A stretch of DNA of 63,421 nucleotides, filler included, from Licmophora abbreviata (Eukaryota), in NCBI GenBank assembly GCA_900291995.1. It is 13 parts of 13 records of this genome, joined end to end, with 100 filler letters (N's around TTAATTAATTAA, not from the genome) between each part and the next. Parts side by side here need not be neighbours in the genome. Positions count along the whole stretch, not along the records: positions 12,226 to 15,284 come from OLMU01004209.1; positions 15,385 to 18,199 come from OLMU01004210.1; positions 18,300 to 24,673 come from OLMU01004211.1; 10 more parts are not named here. One strand, given 5' to 3'. Below the pieces are notes generated by a model. It made no database searches and was not told the origin of the DNA. It saw only the letters and a list, made by a program, of their open reading frames with translations. Below, piece by piece: positions 12,126 through 23,900 of the stretch. Position 1 is the first letter of the stretch. Every line of letters begins with the position of its first letter. Position numbers and translations under genes: made by a program.

Positions 12126-12978
12126 NNNNNNNNNNNNNNNNNNNNNNNNNNNNNNNNNNNNNNNNNNNNTTAATTAATTAANNNNNNNNNNNNNNNNNNN
12201 NNNNNNNNNNNNNNNNNNNNNNNNNGGCTATGGGGTGTGATAGCGTTTGTTGGGGGTTGCCACTGTACTCTAAGAAGATAGGGCATGTCGGAATGATGAG
12301 GGCCTCTTCGTCACCTACAAACGTCGATGCACTGAGACTCGACTCGGCGTTCAATGACGGCGTGTGGACTGCCAGTCGACTCGATTGTTTTGAGATACGA
12401 ATTTCGAAATCTTCTGTTGATTTCTTGGCCGATGGCGTGGGTACGGTACCTGGTACCTCTCCTGTCTGCCGTAACTGGTGCCATTGTTTCGAATGAATGC
12501 TGACTTTGCAAGAGGCGCAGTAAGATGACGGGGGTAGAGGGGAGTTGCGTGATCTCTCGCTGCGTGATCTCTCGCTGGCTGTCGTTTCTCAGCTACCGTA
12601 CTGCTACAATATCGGTTGCATACGATTCGACTTCCATTCCTCAGATTTGCTTGTAAAGGTACGGATCAACACGAAAATCCGCCTTCTTGGGAGGGGTTCC
12701 ATGCTAAAGAATGATTGATCAAGGTGGCGAGAAAAAGAGGAAGCGATTGAAGTCGTCGTGTGCAAAGGCTAGGATGACGGAACTTGATGCTCAAGTTCAA
12801 AACGATCATGGACACTACTGATACGCTATGATACAGAACGTCCAAGCAAAGTTATGCATGACGAAATCATCTAGAATAGTCGAAGCGCTCTACGGATCGT
12901 CGGCAATCTCTTTGCAAGGAAACATGAAAGAGTGAAACCCGGAGCAGCTCGACATCTTGTGCTCTTGGGGGGCGATGC

Positions 12979-14970
12979 TCAAAAGCTAAAGTCAAAGTCG
13001 TCGAAGACGTCGAACGGCACCTTCTTGGTTGAATTTGAGCCGTATTTGCGCTTCTTGCGGCTGCCATGGGGCTTGAAGGTTGCCTTCTTCAATGAAGTCT
13101 TTGCCGTCTTCTTCTTCATAGTGGTGCTGTTGGCAGGGATGGAACGCGACGAGTCCGCTTTGCGAGTCGTTGTGCCATACAAGCTAGATAGGTTCTTCGA
13201 TGCAGGAGCTACTGACTGGTGGTCATCGAATTCTAGCGTTCCGACAGCGAACTCCATCTCTGTCGCTGTCCGCTTGGGTCCCTTCGTCTTTGCAATGCTA
13301 TTCTGTTCGAGCTTGAACTCGGGCATCGCGGTGGTGGATGCTGTCAGAGCTGCGGGAGTCTCATCGAAGGGGAGACGAATTGTGACACTCGTGGGAACAG
13401 GGGTCACCTGAGTTCGATTGGTCGTGCGAGGCGGAGTTCGAGCCATGGGACGACGCGAGGCTGCCTTGGCGTGCTTGCATGTTGTCTGTGTAGCCTCTAT
13501 GGCTGTGGGAGCAGGCTGCTCCACGGAAGTGTCGGGGTCGCGCGAGATGCGAGACGGAGCTCTCGTGGATGGAAGCGTCCCCTTACTCTTGCCCAAGGCT
13601 GCCACGAAGGAGCGACCAGTCTCGGCGGATGCATTCTCTGCTACCTTGAACGTAGGACGCCGAAGACGTTTGCTTCGCTTGGGCGGTGGTGTGACGCAGA
13701 CGCTGTCGCTCGAGGAAGTCGGTTCAGGCGATTGTGACGAAGTCGCTTTCCGTTTGATCCCAGAGAACATTTGTGTTGCACTCTTCGCGGCCGATGTCAC
13801 TTCTGCGACTGCCTTGGCCGCTTTGTCCTTGATGATCGGAAGACTATCGTTGATCTTCCTGATGAGTGCCGCGCTGACCTCGCGGATCTTGGAAAGTTCC
13901 TCAAGCGACGTCTCCATGACCTTGTCGAGTATGGCTTTGCCCTTGTCCTCCAGAGCTTCGAGATGCTGGAGCTTGCTCTTCTCGCCGACGGTTCGAATCT
14001 TCTCGATCTCCTCGGTCGCTACCTTCTTCGTCTCGACGGCAAACTCACTTGCCTCCGCTTTGATTGCGTCCAACGACTGTTGCTTGAGCTTTGAAAACAG
14101 ATCGCCCATGGCTTTCTCCTTATCATCCAGGCGCTTCATAATGTCTTCCTCCAGCTTCTGAAGACGTTCGCGCTCTGCGTGATCCTTGTCCTCCCGTCCT
14201 TCATCCACCGACGACTTTGGCTTGAAATGATGAGTGATCTTTGATCCGAACGGCTCGAAACTGCTGAGAGTCGAAGTATCTTGACCAGACTCGGATGTGG
14301 CTTCTTCCTTTTCCTGTTTCGTGTTGGACATGAGCACGTTGCCCGCGAAAGCAAGTTTGCGCTTCGACATCCATCCACGGTGCATCGTTGTGGTCAGGAT
14401 GCCTGCTCTGCGCTGCTGAACCTGACTGGGATGAGCTCCGTTCGAAAGGAACGCCAAAGAATTGGCAGAAGAGGAGTTCGAAGCGTGACTCACCGACTGT
14501 TGATGAAGCTGCGAATGGTGGAGGAGAGACGTCGACCCTTGAGAGGATGGAGGAGCGGAGGCAGGTCCGTCGTACGCTTGACCGTACTCGGGAAGCGTGA
14601 TTTGGGACATCACTGGAAGGAAGCTATCGGGCTGAGAGGCGGGCTGCGAGGAGCTCACGCTGACGGTGCTTGGCTGGCTCTCCGCCGATGGATGTGGCAT
14701 TTCAGTCCCGCGTGCGAAACCAATGACAGGTTGCTGACTGTTGCTGCGACGACGACTTTCCGCAGGGCCCATCGAATGGATGCGAGCACGCTGAACTCTG
14801 TGGAGGAATGCAGGTCGTTGTGTAGCGGGAAGAAGCGAGTCGGAGTGGCGTGGTGTGTCCTTGCGACGCTTCGATCGGCCTCGCAGCGTCGATTCTGTGC
14901 GATCCGAGCTTCCACGTCCGTAGACGTGTCTCTGCGCCTTTTTCGCGTACTCTGAGATCGCGAACGACAT
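12979..14970 (-). CDS. hypothetical protein with SQ-rich N-terminus, central coiled coil and basic C-terminus
   Basis: Uninterrupted 663-aa ORF with a heptad-rich centre and NLS-like RKKRK. Confidence 0.75.
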   Translation of the reverse strand: MSFAISEYAKKAQRHVYGRGSSDRTESTLRGRSKRRKDTPRHSDSLLPATQRPAFLHRVQRARIHSMGPAESRRRSNSQQPVIGFARGTEMPHPSAESQPSTVSVSSSQPASQPDSFLPVMSQITLPEYGQAYDGPASAPPSSQGSTSLLHHSQLHQQSVSHASNSSSANSLAFLSNGAHPSQVQQRRAGILTTTMHRGWMSKRKLAFAGNVLMSNTKQEKEEATSESGQDTSTLSSFEPFGSKITHHFKPKSSVDEGREDKDHAERERLQKLEEDIMKRLDDKEKAMGDLFSKLKQQSLDAIKAEASEFAVETKKVATEEIEKIRTVGEKSKLQHLEALEDKGKAILDKVMETSLEELSKIREVSAALIRKINDSLPIIKDKAAKAVAEVTSAAKSATQMFSGIKRKATSSQSPEPTSSSDSVCVTPPPKRSKRLRRPTFKVAENASAETGRSFVAALGKSKGTLPSTRAPSRISRDPDTSVEQPAPTAIEATQTTCKHAKAASRRPMARTPPRTTNRTQVTPVPTSVTIRLPFDETPAALTASTTAMPEFKLEQNSIAKTKGPKRTATEMEFAVGTLEFDDHQSVAPASKNLSSLYGTTTRKADSSRSIPANSTTMKKKTAKTSLKKATFKPHGSRKKRKYGSNSTKKVPFDVFDDFDFSF

Positions 14971-15447
14971 GGCGATGGTAACTGTGTTGGGATTGACTGT
15001 ATAGGACGTCTAGAGAAAGGCGCGAGATCGTAGTACGGTCGACAGTCCCAAGAGAGACGACGTGATGATCGTCTTCGTCTTTGTGAGGCATCGGCGCTCG
15101 GCGCGGGAAGGAAGATCTTGTTGTCGTAGAAAATATACGGCATTGTACGTGCGTAGCGCTCAGGTAGAAATTTACGGACGGAAGATTTGAAAAATTATCT
15201 TGCGAGCTCGTTTTAGAGACCTCGTGGGATGAACCGATGGCGCCGGCGAATTTGCTATCGGTGTGACTGTAGTATGATAGACTANNNNNNNNNNNNNNNN
15301 NNNNNNNNNNNNNNNNNNNNNNNNNNNNTTAATTAATTAANNNNNNNNNNNNNNNNNNNNNNNNNNNNNNNNNNNNNNNNNNNNCCAGGTATCATACGAC
15401 CGAGTGAGACACGACGTGCTCTAGCTTCATGATCTATTCTTCTGAAA

Positions 15448-16936
15448 TCACGATAACTGCTGCTGCTCGTCGCCTCGATCAATCCATAGCTTGGAATCGT
15501 CATCTTGGGCATCCTCACACCTCGGAATTCGCTCCTCGTTCGGCACCTCCTCGGACAACCACTTTCGAAATTCCACAAACAAGGCATCCACCTGTCCACG
15601 CTTGTAGGCCTTCCAATCCGCATGTGACAGCTCGAAAGGTTTCCTCTTGTGCCACTTGCCATTACTATCCTTCTGCGCGAGTTCTTTGGGACCTTCATTC
15701 CAGTGCATTCTCGAGCCACTGTCCAGATGCGGATAGTGTACCACAAAGGCACCACCGACTTGTTGAAACTGATACCCCCTCCGCCGCATGTGCATGACCA
15801 TGGTCATTTTGTTCTTGCCGTACCCACTGAACTGAGACTGGAAGGGAGGTACATTGTGACAATAGCGAAAGGCCAAGTAGGGTTCGTATCGATTCGACAA
15901 AACACACGGAATGTTCAATAGTTCACCCGGCGCCTGTCCGAACCAGTCCTTGTACATGGTACTCCCGTGTCCACCCCGGTTCGTTGGGTCGAATGGAGCT
16001 GCCTGACGGTGTTTCAGCGAGTCTACGAGCTCGATCGGAGTCTTGGGCATTCTGGGGATGTTGTCGTCTCGACAATCCTTGTACTCGCGACACTGACGAT
16101 TGAGTTGAAAAGCCGGAACGACCAGAGCCAGTTTACTATCATTCGACAGCGCTTGTCGAATGCTCTTTGTATACAGTATATCGTGCAAGTCCGTACTCTC
16201 CCAAAAGTCGACATCCACGTACATGACATGAGAGGTCCGTACGACGTTCAGTGCCACAGTGCGGAGGACGTTGACGGGGTAGTCGTCGGGGGGATAGTCG
16301 GACGCCGACAGGAGCTGCAGTGTGAGAGAGTGAGAATTGCAGCCAAGTTCCTGGACGAAAGTATGCAGTATCGTATTGTAGGTAGCTGTGCTGTTGTTCT
16401 TTACAAGCATGGCCACTGACATGGGTGAAATACTCCCCCATCGTTTGCAATGCTGTTCCATCATCCACAGTCGATCCTCGCTCAGCTGCGTCACGAGCGT
16501 AAACTGGACGTCATCGGGGGTGAGAGTCAAGCACGGAGGTGCACTGGTCGAAAACTTCTGAAAAGTGTCTTGTGAAACAGACAACGGTGGGGTCAAGGAA
16601 AGGTCCCGGCTGGGCTTCTTCTTCTACAGCCTGATGCTCTGAGCGGTTGTGTCGTTGCAGTTCTGAAAATGCGGATTCACCATCTTTGTTTCTCCGAAGA
16701 CTACCTGAATCTCGCCCTTGTTTGCTCCGTTCTGGGACGGTTTTCCATCGATATACCAGCGCTCCCCAGGCGCACATGGAAAAGACGAGAAATGAGAGTG
16801 ATCTGCCGCTGCAGCAGTGGAGTGATCGTTGCTTTCGCCGCCGTCTTCGTCGCTTCGTCATTGTCGCGTTATTGGTATCATTGCCATTTTCACTGCTCAG
16901 GCGTCGTCTGGATGCAGTCGAGCTGCGTCTCATCAC
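15448..16936 (-). CDS. GT49 (LARGE/B4GAT1-like) type II membrane glycosyltransferase; apparent 1-nt frameshift near 16590
   Basis: TLVTQLSEDRL, YPVNVLR, VMYVDVDF (DxD), YEPY, FSGYGKNK, FVVHYPH; upstream TM anchor in 16511-16936 ORF. Confidence 0.88.
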
Positions 16937-17221
16937 AAGAAAGAGGGTGTAGAAGAGACCAATATGGCGGACAGCAGTCTCGAGCGGCCGGCAAAGGCGT
17001 CATTGTCAAGGTCAGAACGAGTGAACGAAGTATGGCGTACGGAGGCCAGACAAAGATTTGATATGTGATATTCAATCTCGTATAAATATTATGATGCCAT
17101 CCGTTGAAAGCAAACGCGTTGGGCCGATGGAAAAACAAAGCCACAAAGTGGACACCGCCGCTCTCATCCTTCCCCCGTCGCTCTTCTTCCCATGCTTTCG
17201 TTCCAAAGACAACGCCGGAGG

Positions 17222-18884
17222 ATGTCACTTCTTACTGCTATCATCATGTTGGTTCTCTTGATGGAAAATACAAGTGCTGTTTCTACTTCGATGATCCAGC
17301 GACAACAACAACCACAGACGTCATCTGTAGATTCAAAGAGTCCCGCTTCTCCCTCTTCCCCCATCCAACGCTTGCTGAACCTCATTCCCCTCTCCGAATT
17401 CAACTTTTTCTATGAAACCAACGAAGCTCCAGTGGATAGTGAGCTGAACTGGCCCGAAGCACGATCTGTGGACATCCTTCTTGAACTCTCTCCCTTCCAA
17501 ACCATTCTCGATACAGCGCAAGTCACGGTCTTTCAACAGTCTGCTCGCTTCTTTTACGAACAGATCTTTGAAAGTCAGACTGATTACAATTTGGCGATTC
17601 GAGATTTGATCATCGACCAACAATCACTCCAACAGACGACCACTGGGGCTCAGGATGTTGTCAAAAGGCTGCAACTTCACATGAGCACGAACGTCAACTT
17701 TCGTCCCGCTTCTCCTGAGCAGGCCTTGTCCAATTCCGAACTACAGAGCATTATGGTTAACTTGTTGAATCGATTCGACTCTCATCTCATGAATCATTTA
17801 AAGACTTACGTGGACGATGATGACAGTATCTGGAAACAACTGGAAAGCATTTCTGCCAGTGACGGAGGTGAGGTCGACACGCAACTCGATCCAGGGAGCA
17901 CCTCTGACGGTTCCCTCTGGGAACAACACGGATGGGCCATTGTGATCACTTCCGTAGCATGTTTTATCATGTTGGTTGTCATAATTGCTTCGTGCCACTT
18001 ACATGGGTGAGTAGTGATTTTCTTTTATGGTTGTGGATTTTATGGATCCACTTCTCACCTTTTTACTCCAACTACTTGTGTGAACAGACGCAAACTGGGC
18101 CGTTCAGCAACTATCTTTCAAAAACTCCAGAGAACCCTTCCAACGGAGAAGACTCATGAAGTGGTGAAGAAGGAGAAGCAATTGAATCATCAGCCTCCCN
18201 NNNNNNNNNNNNNNNNNNNNNNNNNNNNNNNNNNNNNNNNNNNTTAATTAATTAANNNNNNNNNNNNNNNNNNNNNNNNNNNNNNNNNNNNNNNNNNNNC
18301 CTCCAACGGAGAAGACACATGAAGTGGTGAAGAAGGAGAAGCAATTGAATCATCAGCCTCCCCGAAGCACTTCGAATCGGCGTACCGTAGTCATGGGCGA
18401 CGCGCGGGATGCTTCTGTAGCCTCGAACACCAGCACTGCTTCCTTCAGTCCGACCCCGCAATCCGAAGAGTTCATTACTCCAACTCGTCGATCGTCTTCT
18501 CGGCGTCATCGCCTTGCTGCGTACAATACGAGTATCAGTCCTGAGCCTACCATGATGTCTTTGCGAGACCGCGCCAACATGATTTTGCAGGATGACGAAG
18601 AGGAAGAGCTGGCACTTCCGACCGTCTACTCGCGTCGCGTCATTTGGGCTCCTCCCGGTAAGTTGGGTGTGGCGGTGGACGTGGTAGACGACTATGCTGT
18701 CGTGTACAGTGTCAGAAAGGGCTCGCCGCTGGAAGAGTTCTTGCGTCCCATGGATCGAATCATGGCAATTGACGAAGTCGATACGTGGAAGATGAGTGCG
18801 GCCGATGTAACGCAAGTGATGGTGTCGCGTATGGACCGACGGAGACAGATCACCTACGAGCGGGGATTGAGACAAGAGAAGTAA
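17222..18884 (+). CDS. type I membrane protein with C-terminal PDZ domain; intron ~18007-18087, spans gap
   Basis: Signal peptide; TM WAIVITSVACFIMLVVIIAS; APPGKLGVAV..VRKGSPL...DRIMAIDEVD PDZ. Confidence 0.75.
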
Positions 18885-19017
18885 AGATTATGCGGGGTGC
18901 ATTTCCATGATTAACGATTTGCTTATCGCGAGTGATTCACACGCTCGCGCCAGTAAAGAGTAGTACATGGGGTAGGGGACTATTTTCATTGTCACGTTCT
19001 AATCTCGTCATGACCCT

Positions 19018-20547
19018 CTACAATGACACATATTGTTGTTGAGCTGCACCTCCTCTGGTGCTAGTACTACCAGCAACACTCGTCGTCGCACTGCTGTTGC
19101 TGCTGCTATTCGCATGAAAGGATTGTTGCTGATGTCGATGTTCATGTGCGTCTCGCGATTGCTTCAGGATGGCATTGGTGGCCGCCTGCACCCCCGTCAA
19201 CCCCGCTCCGGTCGTGGCACTCACGGCCGTCCAAACCAATTTTGCCGACAGCAAGGCTGGCATGGCCACTTCGGTCGCTGCTCCGACCAGCGGACCGGCC
19301 ACTTGGCGCGTCTTGTGACCGACGGGTGTCGAAAAGAAGAAGTCCGTGGGAAGCAATGCGAAATTGATGGCCCCATCGACAATATTGGTCCTTTCAATCA
19401 CGAAGACAGCATTCCGGGGTAAACGCATGGTAGCCTTACCACTACCTGGCATTCGATACTCGACCAAAAGAAAGGCATTGTGTGTCTGCAATACTTTCAT
19501 GGGCATCAAGGGTGGCAATAGGGGAAGACAGGAACTATGCCGAGGACTGCGACGTGCAAAGGATTCCAATGCGACCAGGTCGTGTTGCTGTGGCGTGAGA
19601 CCAATCGGGCGATACGAGACCAACAATCGAACACGGCCAGTGACATTGCTGTTGTTGTTGTTGTTGTTGTTGTTGTTGTCGTCGTCGTCTGACGTTTCGT
19701 ATTGATTGTTGTTTGTCTCTGCTACTTCTGCTACTGCTGCCGGTTTCTTGAGTAGTTCTTGGTCTTGAAAGAGCAGAGAGGCAGCCTGCTCTTCATCCTT
19801 CGTCCACGCGTCATGCTCTCGTTCTTCTTTGGGTTGTTGCCTTCGAATGTCCATCCATACGTCCATGACCCCACCTCCACTACAATTACTATTTTTTCCC
19901 GACGACGACGACAACAATAAGACTTGCGTGACATCCAACTCCCCCGTTCCCAAGATACGATCGTCTTGAGAGGGCAGCAGTGGCAAGGCCGACATTTTGT
20001 GTTCCACCCCCGAGGCTTCCTCGACCAATTGCACCTGCAGGACTACCGCCTGTCCATCGGTGTTGTAGTAGCTTTTGCGGAGCGGCAACTCGCCGACGCA
20101 GTTGCTCCATACCGGGTGGTTGTTATTGACAATAACGGGAGAGGTCATGACGTCGTTGCTGTTGTGTCTTTGGAAAGATGTACTAGTACTTTTAGTGGTA
20201 GTACCTTGATCTTGCTGCTGTTGTTGTTGTTCTTTTACGCATATTTGGGCAAAACTGCTAATCTTGCCATGCGCCTTGGAAAGTCCGAGATGCTTGACTC
20301 CTGGTATGAGTGCCAGTGCACTCCAGTAGGATCTTTGAAGATCGTTGGCTTCCAGTAATCTAATTTGAAGATATCCCATAATGCCCTTTTGGTGGTGCAA
20401 GAGCCGGTAGGGCGATTGTCGGTAGGCATAGTCGCTGTCCCACACCACCTTGTCGGGCTGCCGGAGGATGCGTTCGCGGGCCTTGGTGGCTTCGTACGTA
20501 TTGTTCGTAGTAGAAGTCGAGGGGGAGTCTGGCAGTGGAGTAGACAT
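19018..20547 (-). CDS. C2-domain protein
   Basis: GYLQIRLLEANDL, NNNHPVW, DDRILGTGELDV, GRVRLLVSY; poly-Q and poly-N tracts. Confidence 0.75.
   Translation of the reverse strand: MSTPLPDSPSTSTTNNTYEATKARERILRQPDKVVWDSDYAYRQSPYRLLHHQKGIMGYLQIRLLEANDLQRSYWSALALIPGVKHLGLSKAHGKISSFAQICVKEQQQQQQDQGTTTKSTSTSFQRHNSNDVMTSPVIVNNNHPVWSNCVGELPLRKSYYNTDGQAVVLQVQLVEEASGVEHKMSALPLLPSQDDRILGTGELDVTQVLLLSSSSGKNSNCSGGGVMDVWMDIRRQQPKEEREHDAWTKDEEQAASLLFQDQELLKKPAAVAEVAETNNNQYETSDDDDNNNNNNNNNSNVTGRVRLLVSYRPIGLTPQQHDLVALESFARRSPRHSSCLPLLPPLMPMKVLQTHNAFLLVEYRMPGSGKATMRLPRNAVFVIERTNIVDGAINFALLPTDFFFSTPVGHKTRQVAGPLVGAATEVAMPALLSAKLVWTAVSATTGAGLTGVQAATNAILKQSRDAHEHRHQQQSFHANSSSNSSATTSVAGSTSTRGGAAQQQYVSL
19648..19690. 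repeat. (TTG)n/(TCG)n coding microsatellite giving poly-Asn/poly-Asp
   Basis: Read directly. Confidence 0.9.
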
Positions 20548-20953
20548 GCTGCAGTGGAAGGGAGAGAGACACGAGGAGCACAACAGTGATGAATGATTGT
20601 GTTATGATTATGTGGTTTGTATCGTTGTCGTAGTCGTTGTTGTGTCGCGGGTTTTTGTTTTTTGTTTTTGTTTTTGTTTTTTGCTAGTCGACGTACAGTC
20701 GTACAGACTGTCTGTGTCATGTAGTTCAGTTTGAGAGAAAGACAAGCAAGCACTCCAACACAGTTGTCAAACCTTGGCTGAAACCAGGCCTGAAACTTGA
20801 AAGTTGAGTTCGACCGTAGACTCTGTACTACCTTCTACACAGATTCCAGAACCTCACGTTGACTTCTACTGAAGTTCTACGCAAAACTCCGAAATTGAGC
20901 CCCCACCGCGACAAAAATACCGGCATGTGATACCATCACACACACCACCCACC

Positions 20954-23900
20954 ATGACGCCGCCTCCCGTGGTTTCTTCTTCTCGCCGCAAGCGGCAACG
21001 CAAGATCGTGTCCCACTATTCGGATGACAACCCATCCACCTTTACAGTCAAGGTGAAAAAAGGAGACAAGAATAACAAGGAAACGAGCAGCAGATTCATT
21101 GAAGACTCCACGGATGGTACCACTGCCAAACGCCGCAAAGTTGGTCGACCCAGAAAGCATGCCAGAAGGACCCAAGCTGCTGTGTCACGGAAAGATGCAC
21201 CACAAGCGAACAAGAAAAAGAAGTCTGTGAAATCGCCAACGCCACCAGAATCACAACAACAAGCACAACAACAGCAGCAACACGACACTGTTCTGTCTCA
21301 CGCTTGGACCGTCGTGCCGGTTGTTCCTCCACAGTTACTGCTACTAGACCCCTTATACAACCAACAGCAACAACCTGAAAACCATCCCGTACACGGAAAG
21401 GGCTTGGGAAAGTCTCGAACACTACCAAGACCTTCGTGGGACCTTTTGAACCATAGCAATCCTACCATCCTACCACCCCCTCCTTCACCGCTGCGGGAAG
21501 ATCCCATCACATGCATGACTAGCACTGTGACTGATTCGAATGCCAGCTTCTTTTGCGTGGGGCATGCTTCTGGAAGTGTAAACGTCTATACTACAACTCC
21601 TCGATTGCAGTGTCTTCAAACTGTCTGTACCAGCGCTCTCTCGAGACAGTTGGAAACGATGCGTCGTCACAATGGTACTCTATCTTCTACTGCTACTACT
21701 TCAGCAGCACTCAACAAGAGAATGATGCACTTCTTACATTCGATTCATCGCATGGAGATGACGGAAACAGTCCTGGTAGTCTCCACGGCACAAGAAGTGG
21801 AGTGTTGGGATTTGATGAACTCTAGTGGCGATGCAGCAGCTGCGTCCTCCATTCAGTCTCGACGTGCACTCTGGAGATTCGAACTGCCGAATCCATCTGC
21901 AGTGATTTTGAACGTGCGGGCTGGCTGCACTTCTATATTCAGAATAGGGGGCAGTGTTTGGTGGTATGGGGAGCGCAAAACACGACCAAAAACGAGGAGG
22001 TGGTGCTGTTGAGCTTGTTGCGAGCGTCGTCACCAGCAAGAACGCCACAGCCAGAACTGAATAGTACTGTGACAGAACCTGTCGTGCAGTCCATTTCTCT
22101 ACCAGGTGCCACCAAGTGTGGCGCGGCCACGTTCGATCAAAGTGATGTTATGCGTGGTGATCGACTGCTAGTACTGGTGGAGTGCAGTACCGGTACAAAC
22201 AATGGTATTGCACAACCAGGTGGTACGCAACAGGAATTGCAATTGTTGTCTCGCGACGATGCGTTGCACTATACAGTCTCGTGTCGCGCTGTCATTCCAA
22301 CCAAGGCCAAGTCCAGTTTGGTGGGGAGTGGACTCTCGCAGACGGAGAAGGGTTCCTATACGTTGCTGGCGTGTACAAACAAGGGTGGTGTACGCATCTA
22401 TCAAACCAAGACGTTATTATTACTGCAAGTGTATGGGGAAAGCTTGGTATTGCATGGCAAGACTGTGCAGTGGCAAGAGGGGTTCATGTGGTTTCCAGAA
22501 TACACTAATACCAACGAGCAGCTGCAGGTGTGGAGAGACGATGCTTCTGTGGAACGAGGGGATGAGCTGCAATATCGACAAGCCATTTCTGCTGCTGGTG
22601 GTTGTAAGGAGAAAGAATTGTGTTCATCTGTACCATCACCACCGCCGGGAACTGTGGTAGTGGGGGTGCCCCAGGCTGGCAAGGAGCCAAAAGAATTGCA
22701 GGAGACATTGCATTTGTGGCATTGGTTGGATAATGGTAAGGTGGCAGCACATACCATACCGGGACCGCCCAAGAGTGGTGGAGTTCTGCCTGGATTGATG
22801 TATGCGAATGGATCGTTGTTTTGTGTATCCTACGAACGGGGGGAATTGTGGCAACTTAAGCCTATCATGAAGAGCGACTTTCCGGGAATCATGTATCCTC
22901 CGGGGTATCATGTCGTGGATGACAATGTTGAGTACTTGGAAGACGAGGATGAAGTGGATATTCTCATTGATGGTCACTTGGAAGGGCACGACGAACATGA
23001 GACTGAAGTTGGCTTCATGGCGGAGGTCAGGGCGGACGATCTCGAAGAAGCGATGCGACGAAGTTTGATAGAACAAAGCGCGGCTGCTGTGGAAGAGGAT
23101 GAAGACCCAGAAGGCGAAGACGTAGTGGTAACGGTAGACGATGACACCGACGACTTGGCTTTGACGATTTTGCCCTGCCATCCGGAACCTGGCTTGCGGT
23201 TAAACCTTGAGAACAACAATGCCGACGCCACCGCTTCTCAAGCAGCGCTTGTCAAGGGATCACCGCAGAAGGAAGACCCCTCGTATTCCTTTGTGAGAGG
23301 CGTCCTGAAGTGCTTTCCCCAGCTTGGTGGGGTAAATGAAGCGCGTAGACAGTTGGATGGACGACCGTCGCTGGATGAGCTAGTGGAGATGCCACCTGCT
23401 CCCAAACCTGTGAGAGGAAGGCAAACCAAACGAGTTGGTTTGGAGGCGACGATAAAGGCATCCATACTGCCAGAGCTGCGCAGGCTGATGTTTTCGAAGG
23501 AAGCCTGGACATACGGTGAAGGTTTTGCGTTGCAAGATGTTGACCGTCAGGCCGACTTTGCTGCCGAAACGAAACGGCGAGGGGCAGCTGTCGTGTGTCC
23601 CAAGGAAGCTTCCAAGACTTCGGAGGTGCAGTCACTAGCTGGGTTTTCTGAATCTCACGAGGACACTACGGTGGTAGAAATAGCAAAGCTGACTGTGAAG
23701 GAAGTCGAGAGTCATGCCAGTCGTGAGGATCCCGCCCATCATACTGCATCGGCTGGAGATGACACGGCTAATGTAGAATCTTCTGACGTGAGCGAAGAAG
23801 TAACTCAGAAGATCGCTTCTGCTCATGTTTCCGACGCAGCTGCCGAAGCCTTAGCCGGCATGTTTGCGTTGCATCGGGCCAGCTCGGAGGACGCAGCGTC

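Noticed and set aside
12546..12578. 15-bp tandem duplication GCGTGATCTCTCGCT x2
   Set aside because: Isolated slippage-type duplication with no supporting structure
13418..14955. Long plus-strand ORFs of 247 and 224 aa
   Set aside because: Antisense shadows of the 663-aa minus-strand gene; no motifs
18138..18362. Direct repeat flanking the gap (also ~24629-24673 versus ~24774-24818)
   Set aside because: Unmerged overlapping contig ends, probably allelic; not a real duplication
20652..20682. (TTTTTG)n tract, and (TCT)n near 31995-32013
   Set aside because: Ordinary 5'-region microsatellites
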